From Chiloscyllium plagiosum (Eukaryota), in NCBI RefSeq assembly GCF_004010195.1, contig NC_057719.1, positions 23,794,313 to 23,832,118 on the forward strand: a stretch of DNA of 37,806 nt, given 5' to 3'. The translations under genes and the position numbers were made by a program. Below the pieces are notes generated by a model. That model ran no database searches. It worked only from the letters and a program-made list of their open reading frames with translations, and was not told where the DNA came from. Positions within the stretch are counted from its first letter, which is position 1. Each line of letters opens with the position of its first letter. Shown here piece by piece: positions 11,931 through 22,973 of this stretch.

Positions 11931-13044
11931 ATAGGTCAGCTCTACTGAGAGCCAACCCTTGCAAATAATTGGGGCATTACACCCTTCCCCCCCATGAATA
12001 TATTTGAATATTGACAATGCCCAAGCAAGGGATGGCAGACTCATTTTACACAGTTAGCTTGTCACGTGTGGACTGGACCATATTGTGCTAGTTCCCAGAA
12101 TATATATCTTGTACGATGCATAAAAGGATGACACATGTTTGCCAGTCTCAGTCTTGGCATATATTTCATGTTATCCATTCCTTTTGGCATGTATCACCTA
12201 GATGTTGATAAAGGCTTCAGTATTTCTGTGTCCATGTGCTGTCTGACTGGGGATTGTAGGTTGTGATGTTACAGCTAGCTCTTAGACTTCATTGATATAC
12301 TTGCGTGCCATGAAACATACTTGACCTTGATACTCGGTGGGACACTTCTTCACGTGCTATTGTGCAGGTGTTGGACTTCGGGTTTCTCTGAGCAATTAGA
12401 TTTCTTGCACATATCAGTCCAATATCCTCTTGTTGAATATAGTTTGCATATGTTCCAAAATGTTAAATATGTTGTGTGAGACAATGTACAATTCACACAG
12501 GATTTGGATATTTTACTGAACCTGTTGATAGCTGCTATTGTTGTTGTGAAGTCCTGAAGATGTGGCAGAGAGCCCATAATTGCTTTAAATGTGCATCTTT
12601 CTATCAGTGTGTTAAAGATTTTTTTTTGGTTTGTCTAAAAGTCCACTTCTGAAGGATTTAATAAGTGTAAGGGCAATGACCAGTTTTATCAGTTTTCAGC
12701 GAAGTCAGTTTTGATTAAATCATATGCCATCATTTTGTATCAGCACCTGCCTATGAATAATTCACTGAGCTATTGCGGGTATGAGGGTGGTGGCCTGAAG
12801 CTGACTTGAAGTTGATCTGCTAAGATTTGAAAACTTTTGTCTAAGTCTTTGTGATCATCATTAGAAACACTGGAGGATCTTAATCTTCTTAATCCTTAAT
12901 GTCCCAAAGCAATAAGGAAGCTTGACTGCCTGTCTTTCTTCATAAGATATCTGTTATTCTATGAGTTGAAGATTGGTTATTTTCTTTAAATAACTGAAAT
13001 TCTGACAGCATATCAATGGATTGTCAACGCATGCTCCAATACAA

Positions 13045-13392
13045 AGTCCTGATGAATCCTAGCAGGGTAAATGTAGAGAGGATATTTTGCCTTCTAGGAG
13101 AATATTGAATTAGTGTGAGTGTTTAAAAATCAAGAGTTGCCTATTTAAATTAGAAATCATGTACAATTGCTTCTCTCAGTGTTGTGTATCTATGGAACTG
13201 ATGGCGAAAGCTGATTGTAGAGTATTTTTAATGCAGAGACTAAATCTTGTTAAGCAAAGAGTTGTAAGATTACGAGCAGTAAGCAAGAATGTAGATGTGA
13301 GGTTACAGTCAGAGGAGCCTTGATCTTAGAGAATGACGGAGCTGGCTGAAGGGGCAGAATAGCAAACACCTGCTCCGAATGAGTATGTTCAT
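13045..13392 (+). mobile_element. Degraded CR1 3' end
   Basis: CAGGGTAAATGTAGAGAGGATATTT...TTCTCTCAG...GAGGTTACAGTCAGA...GGCTGAAGGGGCAGAATAG...CCTGCTCC. Confidence 0.65.
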
Positions 13393-13829
13393 AAATTTGC
13401 TCTCCGTTTTTATTGTGCTCATTATGCTCTTTAAAGATATCAGGATAAAAATCAGTATTGCAGTGCAGTACATTTATTCTGTATTTCATTGTTTGCTGCG
13501 GTTTCAGTTCATGTGAGACTGGTATCAGTATTGTGGTAGACGGGACTCACTTGAGCCAAGCTTAGAATAGTGACCTGGTAAATCAAATAGCATGACCTTT
13601 TGAAAAGGTTTTAAATTAGGTGGAGGATATATACTCTTATAAAGTAAAAAAATGTAGCATTATGCAGGACAACTACTTTGCCCAGACAGGGACTGGAAAG
13701 GACAGAGTTTACAGGCATTAGAAACAAATAGTTAATTGATTCAAAGAGGAGGAAATGGTAAAATGGAGAAAATGTTATTTTACTTAAATTTGCATTGCCT
13801 TTGGAACAAATTAAATCATTTAATCATTT

Positions 13830-14183
13830 AAAGGGGACATTTTCAGAACTGATACTTAGGGTAGTGCCACAGTGTCACAGAAATCTGTCTGGGGACATAA
13901 TTATTTAGTATATGCATTAATGGCTTGGATGGCAGAAATGAATGTACTACTGGCAAATATACAAATGATACAAATAGGTGGGAAGGCAAATAATGACCAT
14001 GGCACAATTGCATCACAGAGGTATATAGATAGGTTGAATGAGTGGGCAAAGACTTGGCAGATGGAATATAATGTGAGTATTTTTGCAGGGAGGAAAGAAA
14101 AGCTGAATATCACTTAAATGGAGAAAGACTGCGGAAGGCTGCAGTACAGAAGGAATGGAGGTGCTTGTGAATGAATCATACAA
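13830..14183 (+). repeat. Local direct duplicate of 17014-17373 (decayed CR1 RT segment)
   Basis: Near-identical ~355 bp; ORFs 13901-14113(-) and 17085-17303(-) translate almost identically. Confidence 0.92.
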
Positions 14184-14248
14184 CAAGAGCATGATCTTAT
14201 AGTCCTTATTGGGGCACGTTTATAACAAGATCACAGTAGACAATGAAA

Positions 14249-14410
14249 TAGGGGCAACCTCGATTATCCAAACAATATAGGTGGAATATTTTGTTCAGAT
14301 AATCGAATGTTCAGATAACACCGTCTATCCAAGTATCAGGACCTTGAGATCTTGTTCGGATAATCTGAAATTTGGATAATCAATGTTTGGATAATCAAGG
14401 CTGTACTGTA
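14249..14410. mobile_element. Tc1/mariner (pogo/Tigger-type) MITE
   Basis: Terminal inverted repeats CAACCTCGATTATCCAAACA / TGTTTGGATAATCAAGGCTG; right end ...TACTG followed by TA; internal repeated (G)GATAATC motifs. Confidence 0.7.
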
Positions 14411-14432
14411 GTATGAGGTATGTGATTTTTCA

Positions 14433-14654
14433 GAGCTGAAAATGTGTTGCTGGAAAAGCGCAGCAGGTCAGGCAGCATCCAAGGAGCAGGAGAATCGACG
14501 TTTCGGGCATGAGCCCTTCTTCAGGATTCCTGAAGAAGGGCTCATGCCCGAAACGTCGATTCTCCTGCTCCTTGGATGCTGCCGGACCTGCTGTGCTTTT
14601 CCAGCAACACATTTTCAGCTCTGATCTCCAGCATCTGCAGTCCTCACTTTCTCC
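14433..14654 (+). mobile_element. Palindromic Penelope-derived mini-element with hammerhead-like cores
   Basis: Arms 14430-14526 and 14528-14624 (97 bp, 2 mismatches, 1-nt loop); unpaired ~30-nt tail; perfect 14-bp TSD TATGTGATTTTTCA at 14419-14432 and 14655-14668. Confidence 0.9.
14530..14557 (+). ncRNA. Minimal hammerhead-ribozyme-like core, mirrored on the - strand at ~14497-14524
   Basis: CTGAAGA-A-GGGC-TCAT-GCCC-GAAA-C-GTC: catalytic boxes, 4-bp stem II and a palindromic ACGT in place of stem III, as in Penelope-like-element minimal hammerheads. Stem I pairing is weak. Confidence 0.65.
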
Positions 14655-14968
14655 TATGTGATTTTTCAATAGGACCATCAGGAAGGGAAGAGTACTGAGA
14701 TAGCTTTGTTATTCCAAGTAAGTGGAATAAGTAAGAAATCAAATCTTAGATAATTTGATGTGAACAAACTTTGGGTGGAGACAATAAGTAACAAGTGGAA
14801 GAAGATACTGATAGGTGTAGTCTATAGGTTCCTTAACAGAAGCTGTTCTGTAGCCTAAACAATACATCTTGAGGTAATGAGTGAATTTTAAAAAGGCAGT
14901 ATATCAGTCATTGGTGATTTAAATCATCATTTAGATTGGGAAAATTAAATTGGCTGAGATAGTCAGTC

Positions 14969-15197
14969 CTGGAAATGTGTTGCTGGAAAAGCGCAGCAGG
15001 TTAGGCAGCATCCAGGGAACAGGAGAATCGACGTTTCGGGCATAAGCCCTTCTTCAGTAAACTTTCCCCATTCCTGAAGAAGGGCTTATGCCCGAAACGT
15101 CGATTCTCCTGTTCCCTGGATGCTGCCTGACCTGCTGCGCTTTTCCAGCAACACATTTCCAGCTCTGATCTCCAGCATCTGCAGACCTCACTTTCTC
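14969..15197 (+). mobile_element. Palindromic Penelope-derived mini-element with hammerhead-like cores
   Basis: Arms 14969-15057 and 15074-15162 (89 bp, 1 mismatch, 16-nt loop); core CTGAAGAAGGGCTTATGCCCGAAACGTC at 15074; perfect 15-bp TSD CTGAGATAGTCAGTC at 14954-14968 and 15198-15212. Confidence 0.9.
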
Positions 15198-15574
15198 CTG
15201 AGATAGTCAGTCGGCAACAATAAAAATAATCAAATAAAAATACAGGGTTACAGAAACTGGAGACCTGAAATAGAAACAGAAAGTGCTAAAGAAACACTGC
15301 ACATTGAGTAGCATCTGCAGAGAGCAAAAAGAGTTAATGTTTCAAGTCCAGGACAGCTTCATAGAACAAGTTGTTTTGGTCAGAACCAGGGCTCCTGCTA
15401 TTTTAGATTAGGTAATGTGTGATGCGACAGTTTAATAAATTATCCCAGAATAAGAGACCCCCGAGGGAACATTGACCATAGCTTTTAGAATTTAGCATTC
15501 GGTTTGAGAATGAGAAATGTGGGTTGAAACAGCTATGCTAAATATAAGAAAGGTTACTTAAATAGAATAAAGGG

Positions 15575-15760
15575 AGGTGATGGCTTAGTGCTATTATCGC
15601 TGGTCTGTTAATTTAGAGATCCAGCTAATGCTCTGGCATAGAGTGGCATTTGAATCATTAATTTTTTTAAAAACTGGAATTAAGCGTTTAATGGTGACCG
15701 TGAATCCATTGTCAGTAGTCGAGAAACCCTTCACTAATGTCATTTGGGGAGGAAACTGCG
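15575..15760 (+). mobile_element. LF-SINE-like 5' fragment
   Basis: GGTGATGGCTTAGTGCTATT...CTGGAATTAAG...TAATGGTGACCGTGAA...TTCACTAATGTCATTTGGGGAGGAAACTGC resembles 690-890. Confidence 0.5.
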
Positions 15761-15955
15761 GCTAAGTTGGTTGAAGTGAACTGGGAAAAGAGTTGAGCAG
15801 AAAAAAATAGTTGAGGAACAATGGGAGATGTTTAACAAATAGATCATGACTCACAACTAGGTTATAGCCCAGTGAGGAAAAAAACATTTCTCAGAAAGAG
15901 ATAAACCAACAATGGTTAACCAGGGAAGCTAAGGATAGTCTCACGTTGAAAGAAA

Positions 15956-16151
15956 CTAGGCAAAAATGAGGACTGCAGATGCTGGAAACCAGAGTCTAGA
16001 TTAGAGTGGTGCTGGAAAAGCACAGCAGGTCGGGCAGCGTCTGAGGAGCAGGAGCAGTCCTGATGAAGGGCTTTTGCCCAAAACGTCGATTTTCCTGCTC
16101 CACGGATGCTGCCTGAACTGCTGTGCTTTCCCAGCACCACTCTAGTCTGGA
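15956..16151 (-). mobile_element. Asymmetric palindromic Penelope-derived mini-element
   Basis: Tail at the left; inverted arms; hammerhead-like core on one arm only (CTGATGAAGGGCTTTTGCCCAAAACGTC, ~16060); 16-bp TSD CTCA(C/G)GTTGAAAGAAA at 15940-15955 and 16152-16167. Confidence 0.85.
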
Positions 16152-18629
16152 CTCAGGTTGAAAGAAAGAGTGTGGTAAAGATTAATGGCAATCACAGGTT
16201 TGGAAAAGGTTTACAAACCAACAAAAGATGAGCAAATAAACTAATTAAGAGGAAGAAAATAAAAGGGTAAACTAACAAGTGATACAAAAATGGACAGAAA
16301 GAACATCTTTAAATATATTAAAAGGAAGAGAGAGGTCAAAGTGAATGTGGATCCCTTAGAAATGAAGCTGAGGAAATTATGGAGAAGCAAGAATTGGGAA
16401 ATGTTTTGAAAAAAATACTTCACATCAGTAAAGGACATTAATAGCATTTCAAAAATACAAAACTTCAAGGGGCCCAAGGAGGAAAGAAATAAACACAATA
16501 ACTCTTATTAGAGAAAAAGCCTTAGTGAAACTCCCTTTAAAGGCTGATACATTCCCTAGAACTGATGGGTTGCATCATAATTTTTTAAAAGAATGTAGCT
16601 ACAGCGATAGTGGGTGAGCTAGTAATAATCTTCCAAGAATCCTTAAATCAGGAAAAGTCCCAGAGGATTGGAAAACTGTTAATATAATAGCCTTATTGAA
16701 AATGGAAGGGAGAGAAAATGTAACTCTCAGCTAGTTTGTTAACATCTGTCATTGAGCAAATGCTCGAATCTATTAACTCCATGATTCCATGGAGATAAAA
16801 TCAAACCTGACAAATTTATTACAGTTCATTGAGAAAGTAACTATCAGGGTAACCAATAGATAGATAAAGAGGAAGCAGTAGATAGGATATATTTGGATTT
16901 CCAAAGATACCACACTTAAATCTATTTAATAAGATAAGAGCCCATGGTGTTGGGGTTAGTAAAATAGCTTGGATAAAGGATTGGCTAACTAATCAAAGAC
17001 AGAGAGTTAGGTAAAAGAGGACATTTTCAGAACTGATACTTAGCGTAGTGCCGCATTGTCACAGAAATCAGTCTGGGGACACAATTATTTAGTATATATA
17101 TATATATTAATGGTTTGGATGGCAGAAATGAATGTACTATTGGCAAGTATATAAATGATACAAATAGGTGGGAAGGCAAATAATGACCATGGCACAATTA
17201 CGTCACAGAGGTATATAGATAGGTTGAGTGAGTGGGCAAAGACTTGGCAGATGGAATATAATGTGAGTATTTTGGCAGGAAGGAAAGAAAAGCTGAATAT
17301 CACTTAAATGGACAAAGACCACGGTAGGCTGCAGTACAGAAGGAATGGAGGTGCTTGCGAATGAATCATACAAAGTGAGCATCCAAGTTCAGCAAGTTGT
17401 AGGTAAGACAAATAGATTGCTGGTCTGTATTTCAAAAGTATTATTGAATAGCAATGGCTGAATGACTTACTTCTGCTATTACCTCTTATTGCCTTACATT
17501 CTTTTATCATCTCTTTTATTTGTGTTGTGGCATTTGTGGGTGACAAAGAAGTGCCGTGACGTCATCGATACCTTTTTTATATTTCATGCATTTTCTGAGA
17601 AGAAAGATGATAGAATATAATGAGACAATATAATGACATCTGGACATCTTGGTATAGCAAGCGGTATTTTCCAGTATTTCTGTAGTTTGTTTTGCGAGCA
17701 TTTTAATAGATTGGACCAGTCGGCGAACCTTTATAAACTCGTTTTTTAAAAAAGAAGACCAGCTCTGGCCTCTGTCCTTTTAAAAGGGTGGAAGTACTCT
17801 CAGATTTTTTTTCTCTCTCTGGTTTCCGCTCTATTGATGTTACCATGCTTCAGTATGGGCTGTGGTTTTTGGTTGTAGCTTGACGACTAACTTCAGCTCT
17901 GATCTCAGGCAGTCGATTAGAAGTTGTCAGTTAAAATACCACTGCTCCTAACACATTTCAGCCTTTACTACCGCTAACTAGCTGTCACTATTAACTTCTA
18001 GTGCCCATGTACTGTTACAAAGACTTGGTTTCTCGGGTAAAATACCACTGCCAATGTGATATCTGCTGAGTGCTGCCAGACATGTTAGCTCATATAATAA
18101 ATACCAAAATTTTGGTTTCTTGTTGACACAGATGTCTTAAAGTTTATTAAAACACTAACTACTTACATTGCTATAATATTGCACTTACATATATTCAAGA
18201 TTTGATTCTTATTGACGTCATTGTACACAACATGCACATAATATACTCAATAAATACATCACACTGACCCTGTTTCAACCATGGTTAAATGTTATATACC
18301 TTGATATCATGCCTTCAAAGTGCATTGCCTATCTGGTCAAGAATCTGCAATTACACAACATCTATTCCCTCAAATATACGGCTATCCATTAAAATTAAAA
18401 CCAGCAGTATGAGCTTTTATATTTTCTGACTTATTGTTGCAAGTAATCAATTCAATCTTTATGTCCATCTGAAGTTTATCCTTGTGCATTTCAACAAAAT
18501 GTACAAATAATTTCTGGAAATCTTGTTTTACCCAATACAGGCTAAAATATAGCTAACATTATCAATCTCAAAAAGAACATAAAGTTTTATATCACTTATT
18601 TCAAAATCTGGTGTCTGATAATATTTGAT

Positions 18630-18835
18630 GTGGAGACTCTGGTGTTGGACTGGGGTATACAAAGTTAAAAATCACACAACACCAGGTTATAGTCCAACAG
18701 GTTTATTTGGAAGCACTAGCTTTCAGAGCGCTGCTCCTTCATCAGGTAGTTGTGCCCACAACCACCTGATGAAGGAGCAGTGCTTCAAAAGCCAGCGCTT
18801 CCAAATAAACCTGTTGGACTATAACCTGGTGTTTG
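18630..18835 (-). mobile_element. Palindromic mini-element of a second Penelope-like family
   Basis: Inverted arms AACACCAGGTTATAGTCCAACAGGTTTATTTGGAAGC...CTTCATCAGGT / ACCTGATGAAG...GCTTCCAAATAAACCTGTTGGACTATAACCTGGTGTT; - strand core CTGATGA-A-GGAGC-AGC-GCTCT-GAAA-GCTA; possible decayed 14-bp TSD (11/14). Confidence 0.75.
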
Positions 18836-19019
18836 TTATTATATTTCATTATGAAAGATTGATTATTAATATTTAAAGTCTATATTGTGCCTGGCTTCCT
18901 AAAAGGATTAATCATGAGAGAGGGAGAAATACAAAAAGAAGTTGAAATGTAAAAGAAAGAAAAAATTGTTTATCATGACAACCTAATTTCTCACTATGGT
19001 TTAAACCCAGAGAAATATG

Positions 19020-19172
19020 TCTTGTAGGAAATGTTGTAGGCAATTTTCTAAGAGCAAACTACCACAAACAGCAATGCAATATTGACCAGATAATTTATTT
19101 ATATGGTATAGATTGACCAGAACACTAGGGCTGGCTTCCCTGCTGAACTCTAAAAATAGCGTCATGATATCT
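19020..19172 (-). mobile_element. Deu-domain SINE fragment
   Basis: CCACAAACAGCAATGCAATATTGACCAGATAAT is the reverse complement of the Deu-domain ATTATCTGGTCA...CATTGCTGTTTGTGG. Confidence 0.55.
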
Positions 19173-19191
19173 GGGCTAAAAACACAATAAA

Positions 19192-19504
19192 GGGCGGCAC
19201 GGTGGCACAGTGGCTAGAACTGATGCCTCACAGCGCCAGAGACCCAGGTTCAATTCCTGCCTCACGCAACTGTCTGTGTGGAGTTTGCACATTCTCCCCG
19301 TGTCTGTGCGGGTTTCCTCCGGGTGTCCGGTTTCCTCCCACAGTCAAAAAATGTGCAGGTTAGGTGAATTGGCCATGCTAAATTGCCCGTAGTGTTAAGT
19401 GAAGGGGTAATTGTGGGGGAATGGGTCTGGATGCATTGCTCTTCGGAGGGTCGGTGTGGACTTGTTGGGCCGAAGGGCCTGTTTCCACACTGTAAGTAAT
19501 CTAA
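19192..19504 (+). mobile_element. HE1-type SINE
   Basis: GGGCGGCACGGTGGCACAGTGG (A box), GGTTCAATTCC (B box), central GGAGTTTGCACATTCTCCCCGTG, LINE-like tail GGGCCGAAGGGCCTGTTTCCACACTGTAAGTAATCT. Confidence 0.93.
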
Positions 19505-22500
19505 AAGTGAATAAAGCATGACAAATATTATGTTTGAAAGTATGTATTAAGAATAGTAATTAAAAACTGCGAGCAAAATAATTCATAATATCTATTGAAA
19601 TCCCATGTTTTATTTTCTGGAATAAAATTAACCAAAGTAGCAATCTAGGTTACAATATGAAAGATGTTAAAATATTTCACCAGACATAATGTTTGCAAAC
19701 TTTAAAAAAAGTTCCACAACCATAGCTTATAGTTATTATTGTAATACAGGAGACCTAAACATTATTGTAGTTGCATAGCTTCAATCACATTTCCAAAATT
19801 AATTTGGTTACGTCATGCTAAGAAAATGAAAATGTTTTTCATTTTAGTCCTTTAAGGATTGTCATAGTTTTAAATATATTAGAAACAATTTCAAAAGTAT
19901 TTCACTCTAATTTCATTCCTACCCAAAGACTGGTTTTATAGATAAATATCAATTCTTTGGTGAATCCTAAGAGATTGTCTCTGAAGAATATAATTAGAAT
20001 GAATTTGGAATTGAAAGCTCAACATAACCATTATCATATATTATATTCCCCATGATGAATTAGTAACACTGGAAGCTCATTACTGCTCAATTGTCTGAAC
20101 AAGTGATAAACATTTATGATAAACAAAAAGCACAATAGCCAAACAGGGAGTTCTTAATGCTTATTAAACTCTTTAAGAATTTACATTTTACTACTTAAGT
20201 CTCATGCAAAATCAAAGTTATCACAAAGACAATAATTACTAACAAAGAAAATTGTATTACCAAGAAAGAAAGCAAAGCACTGACATAACACAATAGGAGA
20301 CCTTTGTGTAAACAGTACAGAAATATTATTTGATATTAGGAAGCAAGGCAAATATAGATTTCAAATTGTAAAAGTCAGTCTTTCATAATGAGTCAAATAT
20401 TATCAGATATTAAATTTTGAAATAAGTGACAAAGGACATTTTTCTGTCCTTTTTTGTAATTGATAAGTCAGTTACCTCAATGGCTGTAATAGGTAAAATA
20501 TTCACCGTAATAGAACATGTAAATCATTCTGTGCAAAAAAATGTTACAATTTTACTGTCCATGGATAATTTATATAGTCATGACCAATTTCAGCTTGAAC
20601 CACCTTGAAATAGCTGTTTGACATATATATTTTAGAAACCCTCATCAATACTGAATGTATATCCACACAAATAAATCACTGAAAGGGATTTTTGTTCCAA
20701 CAAAATATGTATTTATTTAGGAGTGCTTAATGAAATTCATTCAGCTAAAAGGGATTTATATGTCTATTTTTCAACCACTATTTGTACATTTTACTTCTCG
20801 AGCAAATATATTAATTGGGTCAAAATCCTCTCATGGTCTGTATGCTACAGTAAATTAAATTCTATACAAATGCAGTAAATTTGATCTATTAGTTCTTGCA
20901 CTGACAGATATACACATTGTGTGAAAATTGCATAATACTGTCATCTGCTGACCACTGTAAGCAATACTTTGCAACAATATTATTTCTCAGAAAGCAGTTA
21001 TCTCTAGTGCACAGTGCCCCCTGGTGTAACCTTTTAGCAATGAACACAAAAAATTTAAACTCTCTTCCCTTGTCAGTTTCATGTCTTTTCAATTCCCACA
21101 GGTTCCACAAGCATCTCTGAGCAACTACTGCTGGAGGGGCTTACAGGTCTCTGAGAGTAGGGAACCCACTTTAAGTGGGCACCATCATGTGATTCATTCA
21201 GACCTTACACCATTTCAGTGGGGTCACAAAGACAAAGGCACAAAGACATATGGTGAAGCATGTTGTATGACGTAGTTTTTTTCCAAGAATTAATGCTGAA
21301 GACTGCATTAAGCTCCACCTAATCTGATGACAGGTTAAGGACTTAGGCAGGGAAAGCCAGAAAATCTTCACATATCGAAGACTACAATCTTGCCATCCTA
21401 TGTCTCCCAAAAGTTTTCTAAGAATGTCTTTATTTTCATCGTGCAAGAAGCTACATCTTGTTTAAGACAACAGCCTGTTCTCATTTGAGTACATTGTGGT
21501 ATTACTCTAACACTTCAGACCAGATAGATCTTGCAGACCCAGTCAGAAAAGGAAGATAGTGGGGACTATCTACCCAACTTATGGTGGCAGTGTATAATCA
21601 CGTGATAAAACTCACATCACTGGTGAGCAAGATCAGGTGCTGGAGGCAGGAATAGCAGTGGAGACTCCTTATTGCAGAAGATAGGCATCTCCAAGCTCTG
21701 CTCAGCTAAACACATCAACAAAGGAATAATCTGGAAGAACGGTCAGATTCTGTTTTTCCAGCCATACTGCACACATTTGGAGATGGATTGAAGGAGTCCA
21801 ACTCTAGCATGAGGGCCATGATATCTTAGACTTTCACAGTGATGTCTAACATCCATGAAAAGGGTGGTCACCTGCATATAGTATCCAGCTGAGTAGTCAA
21901 ATGACTGCACAGGGACCTACACCTATAGCTTACACTCAGAAGGCAGAACCTTATGCCCTCCACAGTCATTTTCTTTTGGTTTGGGGGGCATTTAATTCGG
22001 CAAGAAAGTAATGGGCGAGGATTTCATTATGTTCCCACCTCCACTCCAATTAAATACATGGTGGGATGACCCACAGACTACCTTCCCACTGCAACACCAA
22101 TAAGTACTTTCAGTGGACCATTAACGATGTGTAAGTGATTCGTTCCACTTAAACTAGTATTGACCCAATGGTGGGCAGGGGGCTTGCCAGTGAATGATAT
22201 TCCCTTATTCACAGGCACTCAATATCTGGCATTGGGAAGGATGATGAAGTGAAAACCATCCTCCTGCCTATGACTCCAGCCTCCCTCCAGGCAACAAAAC
22301 CCTCACTCCCCCACTCACCATCATTCTTCTGTGCCTGTGCCTTTACATCCACTTACCGCCTTCCCCTCCCCACCCCCACCCCAGCCCCAGCCCCAGCCCA
22401 AATCCACCACTCTACTGATCTGAGGGCTTTGGTGGTTGTAGTACCAGCACTGGCTCCTTGGTGATGCTAAAGAGCTGCTGGCTACTGATAGGGGAGCGTA

Positions 22501-22736
22501 GGAGCATCAGGAGGCAACCAGGAACCTGGCAGCATGAGGGTTCCTGCTATTTTATTCTATTTACGCTAACACTATTACTAGCACAGTTAGATCTACAAAT
22601 CTTCTCAAAACTCACTAACAGTTAGTTACTTCTTAATATTACTTATTGGGAGTTTCTACACATACACTCTTAGAGACTTCGAGTTCCTTATCTGAGAATA
22701 TCACTCTTTCCAAGACTACAACACACTTCATTTTTA

Positions 22737-22973
22737 TGTTGCAATAACTGCACAGAGGCTGGTATCTCGTCACCAATTCACCCTTTCTTTACTTTTATAC
22801 ATTATACTGGCAATGGCCAGCCAGCTCCGAATCAGTCCACTGAATTGACGAGATTCTACATCCACTGTTAATTTTTTTTCTCTCCCCTATTAATATTGGT
22901 CATCCAGAGCTTCCAGGTTGGCTCCAATCAAGAATCTCATATCAATTAGATCAACCTGATTCCAATCGCTATG
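22737..22973 (-). mobile_element. Possible solo LTR (Gypsy-like)
   Basis: Starts TGTTGCAATAACTGCAC; resembles from memory a shark LTR family (CACCAATTCACCCTTT...CCAATCAAGAATCTCATAT); no clear TSD. Confidence 0.35.

Larger units (their letters stand above)
14670..17440 (+). mobile_element. Decayed CR1 LINE ORF2 (APE endonuclease plus RT) hosting several insertions
   Basis: LIGVVYR at ~14808, VIGDLN at ~14908, LDLVMC-like at ~15403, GNIDH at ~15466, GKVPEDWKTVN at ~16651, YLDFQ at ~16890, WAKTWQMEYNV at ~17233. Confidence 0.85.
12050..17800 (-). mobile_element. Very old Gypsy-like pol remnant in pieces (~12050-13040, ~13395-13680, ~17430-17800), split by younger insertions
   Basis: Minus-strand fragments in RT-RH-IN order: IKEMIKECKAIRG..SKSFSHCYSIILL (RT N-terminus-like), FYPDIFKEHNEH (post-YxDD-like), DHKDL and SELF (RNase H-like), TTTIAAINRFSK (integrase DRFSK-like). 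Motifs are weak. Confidence 0.45.

Noticed and set aside
14433..14654. Classifying the hairpins as DNA-transposon MITEs or pre-miRNA genes
   Set aside because: Variable 14-17 bp TSDs, a one-sided tail and identity with the Penelope terminus argue for retrotransposition; there is no miRNA evidence from sequence alone.
14430..14678. Mirror-image Cys-rich ORFs (MCCWKSAAG...GCCLTCCAFP) on both strands, also at 15916, 26787 and 27178
   Set aside because: Artefact of the palindromic repeat; there is no evidence of a protein-coding gene.
19192..19265. tRNA-like A and B boxes (also at 7430-7500, 35305-35377 and 690-770)
   Set aside because: These are SINE heads continuing into SINE bodies, not tRNA genes.
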